A DNA stretch of 64,000 nucleotides from Candidatus Methanomethylophilaceae archaeon (GTDB taxonomy: Archaea > Thermoplasmatota > Thermoplasmata > Methanomassiliicoccales > Methanomethylophilaceae). The notes under the pieces were generated by a model that saw nothing but the letters and a program-made list of their open reading frames with translations, was not told the origin of the DNA and did not search any database. Of this stretch, positions 31,191 to 41,800 are shown piece after piece. Location of the stretch: the NCBI GenBank assembly GCA_050950505.1, contig JBMNHS010000001.1:224001-288000 (forward strand), given 5' to 3'. How positions within the stretch are numbered: the first letter of the stretch is position 1; the number at the start of each line of letters is the position of its first letter. A program made the position numbers and the translations under genes.

Positions 31191-33419
31191 ATGAGGTGGT
31201 GTATTCATTGTGTCAAAGGAGTGAAAAATTTGTTCAATTCAGATTTGCCGATTAAAGGGGTCGAGGAAGATGCATTGAACAGAAGCGAATTTGCGAAGTG
31301 TCTGGCGAATACGCTACTGAATCATACTAGCCGCGAGGGATTTGTAATAGGGTTATACGGCAAGTGGGGCAGCGGAAAAACATCAGTTCTTAACATGATT
31401 CAGAAAGAGATCGAGCGGGAATCCAAGAATATATCTGAAAACCCTATTGTTCTGAGATTCAATCCATGGCTATGTTCAAATCCCAATCAACTCGTGTCTC
31501 AATTTTTCACACAGCTGTCATCTGAGATAAAGAATATTCCGGATTTGAATGATTTATACGGTTTAGTTGACGAATACTCGGACGCTTTAGAACTATTGCC
31601 TGTGATACCGATAGTCGGTACTTCGTTATCGGTCATATCAAAGATATTGGTAAAAAAATCCCATAAACGGAAAAACAATGGAAGGGATCTTCAGAAAATC
31701 AAGAATAAATTGAATGATATAATAGATAAAAAAAAGAGAAAAATCATTGTAATGATTGATGATGTGGATCGACTGAGCAATGAAGAGATAATCTCTGTTT
31801 TCCAATTGGTCAAAACAATAGCGGATTTCCCGTATGCCGTTTATCTGCTTGCATTTGATCGTGAAATTATCATTAACGCCTTACGGGAGGTTCAGAAGGG
31901 GGATGGGGCGGAATATCTTGAAAAAATAGTTCAGGTCCCTTTCGAACTGCCTGAACCGGAATCCGAAGATGTTCACAGGATATTCAAGGAAAGACTTGAA
32001 TCTATTATTGATGACAGTGATTTAAAAAAGTAGGATTTCGATCTTTGGAACAAGATGCTTTCCTCTATCGGCCCGTGTCTGAAATCCGTTAGAGATGCCG
32101 TCAGACTTTTGAATTTATTTGCGTTGAAATATACTTTGATGAGGGGGGAAACAGATGTCATTGAACTTCTGGGGCTTACCTGTATAGAAATTTTTGAACC
32201 TGCTGTGTATGGTGCGATACCGTTTCATAAGAAACAGTTGTGCGGAGGGATATATGCCCCCAACTATCAGGAAGATCTAAATCGGACCGCCAATTCATTT
32301 AATATTTTGGTTGCCGAGGTTCGAGAAGACACAAGAAAAGACGCCGTCGGGAACATACTCACGGTATTGTTTCCAAAACTTGACTATGTTACAAACAGAC
32401 ATTACAGAATTGGCAGAACGTGTAACGATTCTGAAGCATTGAATAACACCAGAATCTCTCATAGAAACTGCTTTGACAAATATTTCAAACTTAATATTGG
32501 ACGAGATGCGCTTTCTAAGAGTTTTATTGATTACATGGTTTTCAATTCTTCTGAAGACGAACTATTAAAAAATATTTCAGAAGTGGCAGCAAACAAAAAA
32601 ATTGGACCGCTGTTTGATCAGATTTATGCTAAATTCGACATGGGTGATAAATTTTCTGAAATGTCTGAGAGAGCCGCTTTGATTGTGAGGTGTCTTTTCC
32701 TGTACGGATATGGTTCGGAAGGGTATGAGGGTCCGTTCTATATGTCATACGATATGAGTCAGAGACGCGTTGTCTTCAAACTACTGGAAAATATAAACGA
32801 TTCCGACAGATATGGTGTAATACATGGAATATTCACAAACTCTGATACGGATCTTGCCGCAGTGCACGATTTATTATACACCCTCAGAGAACAACAAGAA
32901 GATTTACCGGAGGGGTCGGATAAAAACTATCCGGACAACGCATTGCTGACACGCAAAGAGGTTCACGAATTAGAGGAAATTTTTGTTAATCGCATAACCT
33001 CTCTGAGTACGGATGACTTATTGACCAACATATCTGCAATATACATACTAAAGATGTTGTGGGAACTTGATAAAGCGAAATATGAAAATTACACTCGTGA
33101 TTTGATTGCTCAGAATTTATCCCTGGCAAATTTAATATGTGCTTCAGTGACTCACGGAAGTCTGTTGGGAATAGAGCAAAAAATTACGTGGAACATACGC
33201 GAAGAAGAACTAGAGAAGTACATCGATTTGGATACTGCCTATAGGCGCATGGTAAATTTCGTAAAAACTGATGGTTTTAGAACTATGCCATTTGATAGAA
33301 AAAAGAATCTGGCTGCATTTTTAATATATATGGAAAGTGGAACGAAGAAGGGACATATCGGCGGTAGATACATTTTTATTGAAGATATCGACGAAAGATT
33401 GGAAAAGATCGAAGAGTAA
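31191..33419 (+). CDS. KAP-family P-loop NTPase with an in-frame TAG at 32031-32033 (pseudogene or amber read-through)
   Basis: GKWGSGKTS, MIDDVDR, YLEKIVQVPF; the downstream ORF 32055..33419 is in the same frame with no other stop. Confidence 0.8.
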
Positions 33420-33459
33420 ACAGCTTGATTTTTTAAAATCCAAAACACCGCAACTTACA

Positions 33460-33791
33460 ATTCCTGCAGGGCTCTTGTTCAGCAGACACCGTGTTTGGTT
33501 TTGGACGAACCGACAAATCATTTGGATATCAAGTTTCAGATGGAAATCATGGATATCGTCAAAGAATTGGGATGCACCGCACTTTGTGCCCTTCACGATC
33601 TCAATCTTGCCGCACAGTATTGTGACAGAATATATGTTCTGAATCACGGTCGTATTGTGAAAGAAGGAACTCCTGAAGAGGTAATTACCGAAGACTTATT
33701 GCAGGACGTTTTCGGAGTCAAGGCCTCGATTGATTATAACACCGAAATAGGCAGAATAAATGTTGTGTATCATCCCAGGCACCTGTCCTGA
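33460..33791 (+). pseudogene. 3' remnant of an iron/cobalamin-chelate ABC transporter ATPase
   Basis: ALVQQTPCLVLDEPTNHLD...LHDLNLAAQYCDRI; Walker A and N-terminal half missing. Confidence 0.8.
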
Positions 33792-33926
33792 TTTATAAAA
33801 ACAAAGGCATGCCCACTGTATCCATGAGAAGGATTGCTACTACATCCATCGTGATTCCGTACATCCGGACAAAGGTCTTCCACCTTCGGATGAAGTGCCA
33901 GCTTTAATAAGAAATTATTTAAGTCA

Positions 33927-35282
33927 TTGTTTCATCGCCAAACCGTGAACGACATTGCGTCCATAATCCTGATTATATTCATCCTGCTGCTTTTTGCAAA
34001 AATTGTAGGGGGTATATTCGAGAAACTGAAAATGCCGAAACTCATCGGAGAGATTCTGGCCGGAGTCATATTCATCAATCTGGCCATATTCGTTCCCGGA
34101 TTCGGGGATGCCATAGGTTTCTCGGTCAGTGATTTCAACGATCCGACCCATGCGAACTTCTTCGAAATAATGGGAGAACTCGGAATAATATTCCTTCTGT
34201 TCTCGGTGGGTCTCGAAATGAAGTTCAGCGAACTCATGAAGGTCGGAAGGACCGCAATAAACGTCGCCGTCCTCGGTATCGTCATACCTTTCGCAGGCGG
34301 GATGCTGTTCATGTTCCATGAAATGGTGTCCTTCGAGGCGGCGCTTCTAATAGGGGCGGCTCTCTTCGGCACGAGCACCGCGGTGGGGGTGGAATGCCTG
34401 AGAAACGTGAATGCCATGGATTCCATGGAAGCCAAGCTGATAATCAGCGCCACAATCATAGACGACATATTGTGTCTGGCATTGTTGGGTGTAATAATAG
34501 GAATGATCCAACCGGAGGCCAGCATTCAGTCCATCGTAATCAACGCCGTGATTGTGATTGCCTTCGTACTGTTCATGTTCCTGTTCATATCCAGAATCAA
34601 AGATCTGGCAACCCGCAGAAAGAAGAGAATATCGGAGAGAAAGAAGGCGATTGCATTATCCAACGGCGAAGACGTGTGCGGCTGCGAGACGGAACAGCCC
34701 ATGGAAGAACTGGGTGCGCTGGGCCTCGCAATACTGGTGTGTATGGGTCTTGCGGCCGTTTCGGTCAACATAGGATTGGCCGCAATAATAGGTGCTTTCT
34801 TCGCAGGCATGATATTCGCAGAGTTCAAGGACACCGTTCCCTGTGAGCATAATTTCAACGTCATCACGTACTTCATGCTGCCTTTCTTCTTCCTTTGGGT
34901 TGGAATGGAAGTCCAGTTTGACAGAGTGCTGGAATACGGCGCTGACATCGTTATCCTGCTTGTGGCGGTGCTGATTGTTGCTATCATCACCAAGTACGTG
35001 GCGGGATTCCTCGGTTCCAAGACCGGAAAGCTTCCCAACGATTCGAGCCATCTCGTGGCAGTGAGCTTTATTCCCAGAGGGGAAGTGGGCATAATCGTGG
35101 CTACCCTGGGTCTGAGGTACGGCGTTTTCGATACGCCCGTGTTCACGGTCATAATTCTGATGGCGCTGATAACCTCCATGGTCGCGCCGCCTTTCATAAC
35201 AAGGGCTTACCTGAAGGTTGAGAAGAACCGTGCGGAAACGGAGATCTCCCCTAATGTACCCGGCGAAGAAAGATTCTCATAA
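33927..35282 (+). CDS. Cation/proton antiporter (CPA2, Kef/NhaP-like)
   Basis: IGEILAG, LLFSVGLE, ATIIDDI, IPRGEVG; many TM helices; start uncertain. Confidence 0.88.
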   Translation: MFHRQTVNDIASIILIIFILLLFAKIVGGIFEKLKMPKLIGEILAGVIFINLAIFVPGFGDAIGFSVSDFNDPTHANFFEIMGELGIIFLLFSVGLEMKFSELMKVGRTAINVAVLGIVIPFAGGMLFMFHEMVSFEAALLIGAALFGTSTAVGVECLRNVNAMDSMEAKLIISATIIDDILCLALLGVIIGMIQPEASIQSIVINAVIVIAFVLFMFLFISRIKDLATRRKKRISERKKAIALSNGEDVCGCETEQPMEELGALGLAILVCMGLAAVSVNIGLAAIIGAFFAGMIFAEFKDTVPCEHNFNVITYFMLPFFFLWVGMEVQFDRVLEYGADIVILLVAVLIVAIITKYVAGFLGSKTGKLPNDSSHLVAVSFIPRGEVGIIVATLGLRYGVFDTPVFTVIILMALITSMVAPPFITRAYLKVEKNRAETEISPNVPGEERFS

Positions 35283-35515
35283 ATCAGAGCTCCCTCCCGA
35301 CAATGATTTTTTTGAGATGAGGCTATTCCGTGTTGATATCAGACAGACTGGCACTGAAAGGTTCTGTTGCCCGAATAATTAAAATCTTCTGCCGAACCCC
35401 TCTGTTGAAGAATGTGTAATAATGTCGAGCGTTACGTACGTATATACCAACCGTCGATATATTGATTGTAACCCATGTTGTTTAAAATCGAATAACTCAT
35501 GGTACCACATACGGC

Positions 35516-36622
35516 GTGTTGAGTGAAATGAACGATTCAAAGAAGTTTTCAATCAGATTCGATGGCGGCCGGTTCAAAAACCAGAGACTCCCATTCAATT
35601 CTCTCATGGATATAGCGTTAATTGAGAGGATGGTGATGGATATAGCTTCAGAAGTTTTCATCGAAGAAAATCCTGAAAGAGTAAGAGCTCCGAGGAATTT
35701 TAAGAAAAATTACTTTTTGTCCATGACCGATCTGACCGACGGCTCTACCGTGGTTGAATTCACAATCTCAAACAGAATACCCCAACAGGTTTTCGAATCC
35801 AAAGAAGAAAGGTCTATTGAGATTGCCATTGACGATTTTATTGATTATTGGGGTAATGATCTTGAAGAAAATAAATTTAAAAAAAGGGGCGACAGAATAA
35901 AGCCGCACCTCAGATTATTCGGACAAAGTCTTCTTGACGGAGAGTGGATGGAATTCAGCAGCAATAATAAAAAATCCATCTATAACCAAAAAATAAGGCA
36001 TGAACTCATTGAAGAAGGCACAGAGTACAATGATGGGATTGAAATTTACGGAGAGGTGCAGGAATTAGATAATAAATCCGAAACGTTCAGACTTCATTAT
36101 ATGGAAAAAGGGAGGGAGAGACGCGTCAATATCGCCCTGGATGCTGACCATAAGGATTCTATTCATATTGCTTTGAAGGAGGATAATCGAAAGGTGTTCG
36201 TAAGAGGGACCGGTAATTTTAAAGATCAGAAACTGCAAAAGATTGAGAAAATAGACGAATTCCAACTTCTTGACCCGCGTGACATACAGTTCAAACTGAA
36301 TGACCTTAAAAATCTTGAAGACGGTTGGTTTGAGAACGTGGGTAAAGCCCCATCGGCAGAAGGGTTAACGAAATTATCAGAACTCTTCGATGATTATTAC
36401 ACAGAAGACAGAAACCTCCCTTATATCTACCCGACGCCGGAAGGTAATCTTGAATTGGAATGGTCCATCACGGATGCTGAAGTCATATTGGGAATTAATA
36501 TCGATTCATTAATGGGAGATCTTCTGGTGATTTATGACAACAAAGAAATTCAATATGACCTGGATTTGAACACATCCTCAGACTGGAATAAACTGAATGA
36601 TGTTCTTAAGGGTGTGTGCTAA
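35516..36622 (+). CDS. Hypothetical protein (possible antitoxin/partner of the downstream ORF)
   Basis: 368-aa AT-rich ORF; C-terminal DGW...P..PTPEGNLELEW module; overlaps the next gene. Confidence 0.7.
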   Translation: MLSEMNDSKKFSIRFDGGRFKNQRLPFNSLMDIALIERMVMDIASEVFIEENPERVRAPRNFKKNYFLSMTDLTDGSTVVEFTISNRIPQQVFESKEERSIEIAIDDFIDYWGNDLEENKFKKRGDRIKPHLRLFGQSLLDGEWMEFSSNNKKSIYNQKIRHELIEEGTEYNDGIEIYGEVQELDNKSETFRLHYMEKGRERRVNIALDADHKDSIHIALKEDNRKVFVRGTGNFKDQKLQKIEKIDEFQLLDPRDIQFKLNDLKNLEDGWFENVGKAPSAEGLTKLSELFDDYYTEDRNLPYIYPTPEGNLELEWSITDAEVILGINIDSLMGDLLVIYDNKEIQYDLDLNTSSDWNKLNDVLKGVC

Positions 36623-36987
36623 TGGACGGAGACACGATTTTGCTGAGGCACGTAGTTTCCGACTGGATAGTTGACGGTCGTTTAAGTTCACAGGCATTCC
36701 GTCCCTTTTCAGGGGATAGTCTGTCCACTTATGACGGCGATATGATATCTCCTGAAGAAGCATACCGACATTACACGGAAGTATTGTGTAACAGGTCCGT
36801 AGGCGTATATGGCATAACCTGTGATGAGGTCAAAGAACAAAATCTCGGAATTGTAGAAGACCGGGTGCCCTATAAAGAGCACATATCCGTGGATTTTCGA
36901 GGAGTGGGTTCCAATGGAAGGAAGTCGAAATCCCGAAAATTAGCATCTTACGCCAAGGATAGAGGTCACCTCTATAAACCTGATTGA
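36616..36987 (+). CDS. Small hypothetical protein, possible ADP-ribosyltransferase-like fold
   Basis: LLRHV...SSQAFRP...SLSTY...EHISV pattern; translationally coupled to the upstream gene. Confidence 0.55.
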   Translation: MLMDGDTILLRHVVSDWIVDGRLSSQAFRPFSGDSLSTYDGDMISPEEAYRHYTEVLCNRSVGVYGITCDEVKEQNLGIVEDRVPYKEHISVDFRGVGSNGRKSKSRKLASYAKDRGHLYKPD

Positions 36988-37216
36988 AAAACACAGTATA
37001 AGTCTTAAGAGTGAATGACTCGGATGATTATTATTCATTGAATAATATAAGGAAATAACATGATATATCATCGGAGCGGAGAGGGCCTGGGTATTTACAG
37101 TGATTAAGTTTCAACAAACGGAGCCGCATCTGTTTTCATGCGATATTCTCCCTTCGTACCTCAACACGGACAAGACGTAACCGCTCCGCTGTCCGTCTAA
37201 AAAATAAACAGTTTAC

Positions 37217-37308
37217 GGACCGGTGCTTTCGCAACCGAGTCCATGTTTTTTGAAGGTGCCGCCGATTCCGCAATAGCGGAACGGCGGCTTTGCGTCCGAT
37301 CGCTCGGA
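37217..37308. terminator. Cluster of stem-loops between convergent genes
   Basis: GGACCGGTGC-TTTC-GCAACCGAGTCC followed by a T-run; GCCGCCGATTCCGC-AATA-GCGGAACGGCGGC; TCCGA-TCGC-TCGGA. Confidence 0.55.
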
Positions 37309-37326
37309 TGATTGCTGTTGCGTCCC

Positions 37327-40155
37327 TTACTCTTTCTGCGTCCCCCTCTTCTTAATGAAGAACACTGCCGCAAGGGCTATTGCCGCAACTACGGCTATGA
37401 CCGCAGCATACAATGTCGGGAAACCTCCGGCACCGCCGTCGTCAACGAAATACATCACGGCATAGTATGACAGATGGTCGGTAACAAAGGTCACGTACCC
37501 GTCCTCATATGTGCATTTGTACTTCTCAACGGTTCCTTCATCGTTGACGAACCACACACTCAGATTGTTCTTGTCTTCTTCGGGACCGAGTTCGTACTTC
37601 AGAGTTACCGTCAACGATCCGTTACCGAAGGATGATACGTCACCGATATTGACGCTGAAAACCGGACGGTCTCCGACCTTATCCAGAATTGCCTGACTGA
37701 GTTCGTTTGCGTTGACTTCGGAAATCGTTACCGATACGGAATCCGTCAGTGATCCGAGCAATGCTTCCAGTGCCGCCTTGTTCAAAGATATCGAGCCTCC
37801 GGAAACAGATATGGAAACACCTTTGACGGAGGGATCGTCTATCATGGCATCCAGAAGTTTTCCGAACATCTCCGTAGATATCTCGATTTCTTCCAAATCT
37901 TCGACGTCCGCCTCTATTATTCCGTCTTTTACGGACGACTGTATTTCGCTTTCATTCATCTGCAGAACGACTTTGAAGTCCGCAACGAATGTAACGTCTC
38001 CGGATGCCGTCATACTTTCCGTGAACCCGATCCAACCCATGAATTCATAACCGAATTTCGCACCGGGTTCCTTTACGGGATCGTCCGCAGGTGCGGCTAT
38101 GGTCGATCCGTGGTCGAGAGTCTGAGTGTTAAATTCAACATCGTCGACCTTCCAGGTTATGGTATAGGTGTTTATAGTCCACTGTGCGACCAGTGTTATA
38201 TCTTCAGCGGGCATCAGGGACGGGACGTTTCTGTCCCACTTGAAAGAATAGCCCTCTATCAGAAGACTGCTTTCAGGTATCACGATTTCCGAATGATATG
38301 TGAAATCCTTGTAATACAGGTCACCGTCTTTTGTCCATCCGTCCGGTGTCAAATCAATAGAACTTTCGTTAGGATTGATATACAGTCTGTAAACACCAAA
38401 CGGTTCGTAACTGAATGTTGTGTATTCGCCTTTGTACGAATCCAGGAATCCGTCATTCATAAGTGAATATACTGTGCATGTCGTCGGTTCGGATTCCGTG
38501 CCCAAGTTGAAACTGTTCGCTTCGAACGTGGTGGGCGTTCCGTTAAAGAATATGGTTGATAGACTTGTGCATCCGAAGAACGCATTTTCTAAGATGTTTT
38601 CAACACCTTCACCGATTACGACTATGGCAAGCCCGGTACATCCGGAGAACGAGCTGTCGCCGATAACCGTGACACTGTCACCGATGGTTACGGATGTCAG
38701 TCCGGTACATCCCTCAAACATATCGTCCAGGATAACTGTTATTCCGTCGAGAAGAACCAATACTTCCAGTTTATCGGTTTTTGGCAATGCACTCAGTGCA
38801 TTATCACTCGCTACGTCCATATTGACTATATTGTTACATCCGTGGAATGCGTTTACTCCGACGGATGTGACTCCGTTGCCGATTGTTACGGAAGTCAATC
38901 CGGTGCATGTAGCGAACGCCCTTTCCCCAATGGATATGACACTGTCGGGTATTGCGATTGAAGTGAGTTTATTGCATCCGTAGAACGCGTGATTCTCTAT
39001 GTAAGTAACACTGTCGGGTATGGTAAACGATCCTGTTTTTCCTCTCAGACATTGGATAAGAGTCGTCTTATCTCTGTCATAAAAAACTCCGTCTTCTGCT
39101 GAATAATTCATATTGTTCGCATCAACGTAGAAAGACGATAATCCTGTACAATCGTAAAACGCATAGTCTTCGATAGTTGTGACACTAGCAGGTATTGTGA
39201 CGGAAGTCAGTCCGGTACATTGGTAGAACGCGTAGCTTCCGATAAACGTGACGCCTTCGGGTATTATGACGGAAGTCAGTCCGGAGCACTTATAGATCGC
39301 GGAGGCTCCGATAGAGGTGACACTGTCGGGTATTTCGAAGGATCCCGTCTTTCCTGCCGGGAATTGGATAAGAGTTGTCTTATCCTTATTGTAAAGAACA
39401 CCCTCTTCCGCTGAATAATCCATATTGTTTATGTCTACATCGAAAGACGATACCTTTGCGCATTCGCGGAAAGCGTAGGCTCCGATGGAGGTGACACTGT
39501 CGGGTATTGTGATTGAGGTGAGTTTGCTGCATTCGCGGAACGCGGAGGCTCCGATAGAGGTGACACTGTCGGGTATGGGAGCGTGAGTTAGTCCGATGCA
39601 CCCGGCGAACGCGGAGGTTCCGATGGATACGACGTTCTTACCGATAGTGACAGAGGTTATTCCGGTGGATTGGTAGAACGCGGAGGCTCCGATGGAGGTG
39701 ACACTGTCGGGTATTGTGACGGAAGTCAGTCCGGTGCATCTGTAGAACGCGGATGCTCCGAGGGAGGTGACATTTTTCTCTGCACCGTCAACCGTGATTG
39801 TGGCAGGTATTACCAGACTCCCTGACGGCGCAACATATTCTGCGCCGTTGTCCCACCCGACTACTTCATAATCGTCTGTTTCTTCAACAAGAGAATATGC
39901 CAGCCGGTACTTGTCGGAAGTATCCGGTATATCCACGGATTCTCCGTATTTGTAATCGCTGCCGCTTACACCGCTTCCGAGAACCATGTATGCGTTATGG
40001 TCATAGTTATCGTTCTGTTCGGTGAAAACGACTGATGCCGTTATTATTAAGGTTACTGCGACAGCCAAAGATATCAGAAACGGGCTGCTTTTTTTCAAAC
40101 CGTTTATTCTGGTTGTCAAACCTGAACCTCTTATAGGATTCGCTATTTTTTTCAT
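37327..40155 (-). CDS. BspA-type LRR (LRR_5) surface/adhesin-like protein
   Basis: Repeated TSVTIPDSVTSIGASAFxxC; Listeria-Bacteroides-type repeat; N-terminal hydrophobic segment and C-terminal TM anchor. Confidence 0.9.
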   Translation of the reverse strand: MKKIANPIRGSGLTTRINGLKKSSPFLISLAVAVTLIITASVVFTEQNDNYDHNAYMVLGSGVSGSDYKYGESVDIPDTSDKYRLAYSLVEETDDYEVVGWDNGAEYVAPSGSLVIPATITVDGAEKNVTSLGASAFYRCTGLTSVTIPDSVTSIGASAFYQSTGITSVTIGKNVVSIGTSAFAGCIGLTHAPIPDSVTSIGASAFRECSKLTSITIPDSVTSIGAYAFRECAKVSSFDVDINNMDYSAEEGVLYNKDKTTLIQFPAGKTGSFEIPDSVTSIGASAIYKCSGLTSVIIPEGVTFIGSYAFYQCTGLTSVTIPASVTTIEDYAFYDCTGLSSFYVDANNMNYSAEDGVFYDRDKTTLIQCLRGKTGSFTIPDSVTYIENHAFYGCNKLTSIAIPDSVISIGERAFATCTGLTSVTIGNGVTSVGVNAFHGCNNIVNMDVASDNALSALPKTDKLEVLVLLDGITVILDDMFEGCTGLTSVTIGDSVTVIGDSSFSGCTGLAIVVIGEGVENILENAFFGCTSLSTIFFNGTPTTFEANSFNLGTESEPTTCTVYSLMNDGFLDSYKGEYTTFSYEPFGVYRLYINPNESSIDLTPDGWTKDGDLYYKDFTYHSEIVIPESSLLIEGYSFKWDRNVPSLMPAEDITLVAQWTINTYTITWKVDDVEFNTQTLDHGSTIAAPADDPVKEPGAKFGYEFMGWIGFTESMTASGDVTFVADFKVVLQMNESEIQSSVKDGIIEADVEDLEEIEISTEMFGKLLDAMIDDPSVKGVSISVSGGSISLNKAALEALLGSLTDSVSVTISEVNANELSQAILDKVGDRPVFSVNIGDVSSFGNGSLTVTLKYELGPEEDKNNLSVWFVNDEGTVEKYKCTYEDGYVTFVTDHLSYYAVMYFVDDGGAGGFPTLYAAVIAVVAAIALAAVFFIKKRGTQKE

Positions 40156-40544
40156 CGTGATTTTTCCCCCATGTAAAGTGTTTATATGCGATTATAACGC
40201 ACTGACATAAAGGTATTTATAATAAAATGATAAATAAATATTTAATTTCATCAAACGTCGTAATTTTTTCAATTATCTAAATATTTAGTTTCGATTTAGA
40301 AGATAATCTATCTCAAATGCCGTAAATTTCAACAATGGCATAACCGTAATTTTGCGTGAAATCGACGTGTTTCGGTCTGACGGCATCTTTGAATCTTACA
40401 CCGTCAATCGAGAGAGTGTGTGCCCGGGAGATAAGTGTTTTTAATCCGAACGTGAAATTTTTCAGATCATGCTTTGTGCTGAATCTTGGATTGTTTCTTT
40501 TAATATAAAGAAAATATTATATAATGTAACCTAATTGTAACAAT

Positions 40545-40814
40545 ATGGACCCGTGGGTCGAAAGAGTGGGAGAAACAGAATTCTCTCTGCGTTTGTTCAG
40601 ATTGCAAGATCAATGCGGTCTGACATTCAAAGAGGCTGTAGCCGTTCTTACGCATCATGACTTCACCGATGATCTGGCCGAAAAGTGGGGCGTCAGCAAG
40701 CAAGCAGTGCACAATGCGAGTAGACGCGGGTACGATAAGATTTACGCCAAAGTGGGCACCGACGAGATGGCAGTGGCGGAATTCGTACCGTTATACTTTA
40801 CACAGATATTCTGA
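40545..40814 (+). CDS. Small HTH DNA-binding protein
   Basis: DDLAEKWGVSKQAVHNASRR helix-turn-helix; TATA-like TTATATAA upstream. Confidence 0.65.
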   Translation: MDPWVERVGETEFSLRLFRLQDQCGLTFKEAVAVLTHHDFTDDLAEKWGVSKQAVHNASRRGYDKIYAKVGTDEMAVAEFVPLYFTQIF

Positions 40815-40931
40815 AAAGAGCAATATAGTGCACGTCAGATTATTATCCAAAGGCTTTATTGGGAGGCTTCTTAAGAAATATAAAAACAAAATAAAGAATT
40901 ACATTATATAATATGAACACAATTGTTCAAT

Positions 40932-41219
40932 ATGAGCGACGAGTTAGCGAGAATTGAAGCACATTACAAAGAACAACGATACAAGATGGCTATGTGTGTA
41001 TACAAGCTTCAAAGGGAAGCGGGTATGAGTTTTCGCGAAGCCCGAATCGCGATGGTAGACAGAGGCGAGAGTGCATTGAGTATATCCAAGGAGTTTGAAA
41101 TGAGTCAGGACGCACTCAGAATGGTATATCTCAGGTCCGAAAGAAAACTCCGCAAAACGGGAAAAACATTGGAAGAATTCTGCGGAGAGGATTTCCCCGC
41201 ATTCATTCTTGCTGATTGA
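40932..41219 (+). CDS. Small HTH DNA-binding protein, paralog of 40545..40814
   Basis: YKLQREAGMSFREA resembles FRLQDQCGLTFKEA; SISKEFEMSQDALR HTH; similar promoter. Confidence 0.6.
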   Translation: MSDELARIEAHYKEQRYKMAMCVYKLQREAGMSFREARIAMVDRGESALSISKEFEMSQDALRMVYLRSERKLRKTGKTLEEFCGEDFPAFILAD

Positions 41220-41443
41220 GATTGCTCTATCATCGAACAATTGTTTGATAAATTGCACAACCTTAACTTACGTTTATTTTTCATCATTGCCGGGCTACAC
41301 AGAACTTCGATTTTACGATTGAAAGTACGAGATACAAGGGAAATGTGTAGGAATGAAAGGAGCCCTATCTCAGGTTTGGCAACAGTGAGTTTACCACAGG
41401 TCTGTTCTCGAATATGCGATACACCTCTTATGAAATTTCGAAA

Positions 41444-41668
41444 TCAATAGAAAAAGAATACTTCTAACACCACAGGTAAAACCCACCAAAATATTGCAAT
41501 AAGTATTGCTACTCCGAAAACTCTGGGTATGATTACTATGAATAAGGTTTCTATAAAATCCGCGAAATCCATACCATAGCCTCCGTCACGAGATTCCAAT
41601 ACGTGAATCAGTATTGTGATAATCACGCTAATAACCAGCAAAATCGCTATCCAGCCCCATAAACTCAC
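41444..41668 (-). CDS. Small two-TM membrane protein
   Basis: 74-aa hydrophobic ORF with a GGTGGTGA RBS. Confidence 0.55.
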   Translation of the reverse strand: MSLWGWIAILLVISVIITILIHVLESRDGGYGMDFADFIETLFIVIIPRVFGVAILIAIFWWVLPVVLEVFFFY

Positions 41669-41800
41669 TTACATCACCACCGCGCTTACTTATTATACGA
41701 GTGTTACAAAGATGTGAGACGGGAGAAGGCGTTGTCGCCTCAACCCGATTACATCATGTAGGCAATTTAAACATCAAACACCAGTTCTGATTATTGTTGT

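Noticed and set aside
40310-40390. Short inverted repeat ATGCCGT/ACGGCAT upstream of the adhesin as an invertible promoter
   Set aside because: Only 7 bp, expected by chance, and no recombinase is nearby.
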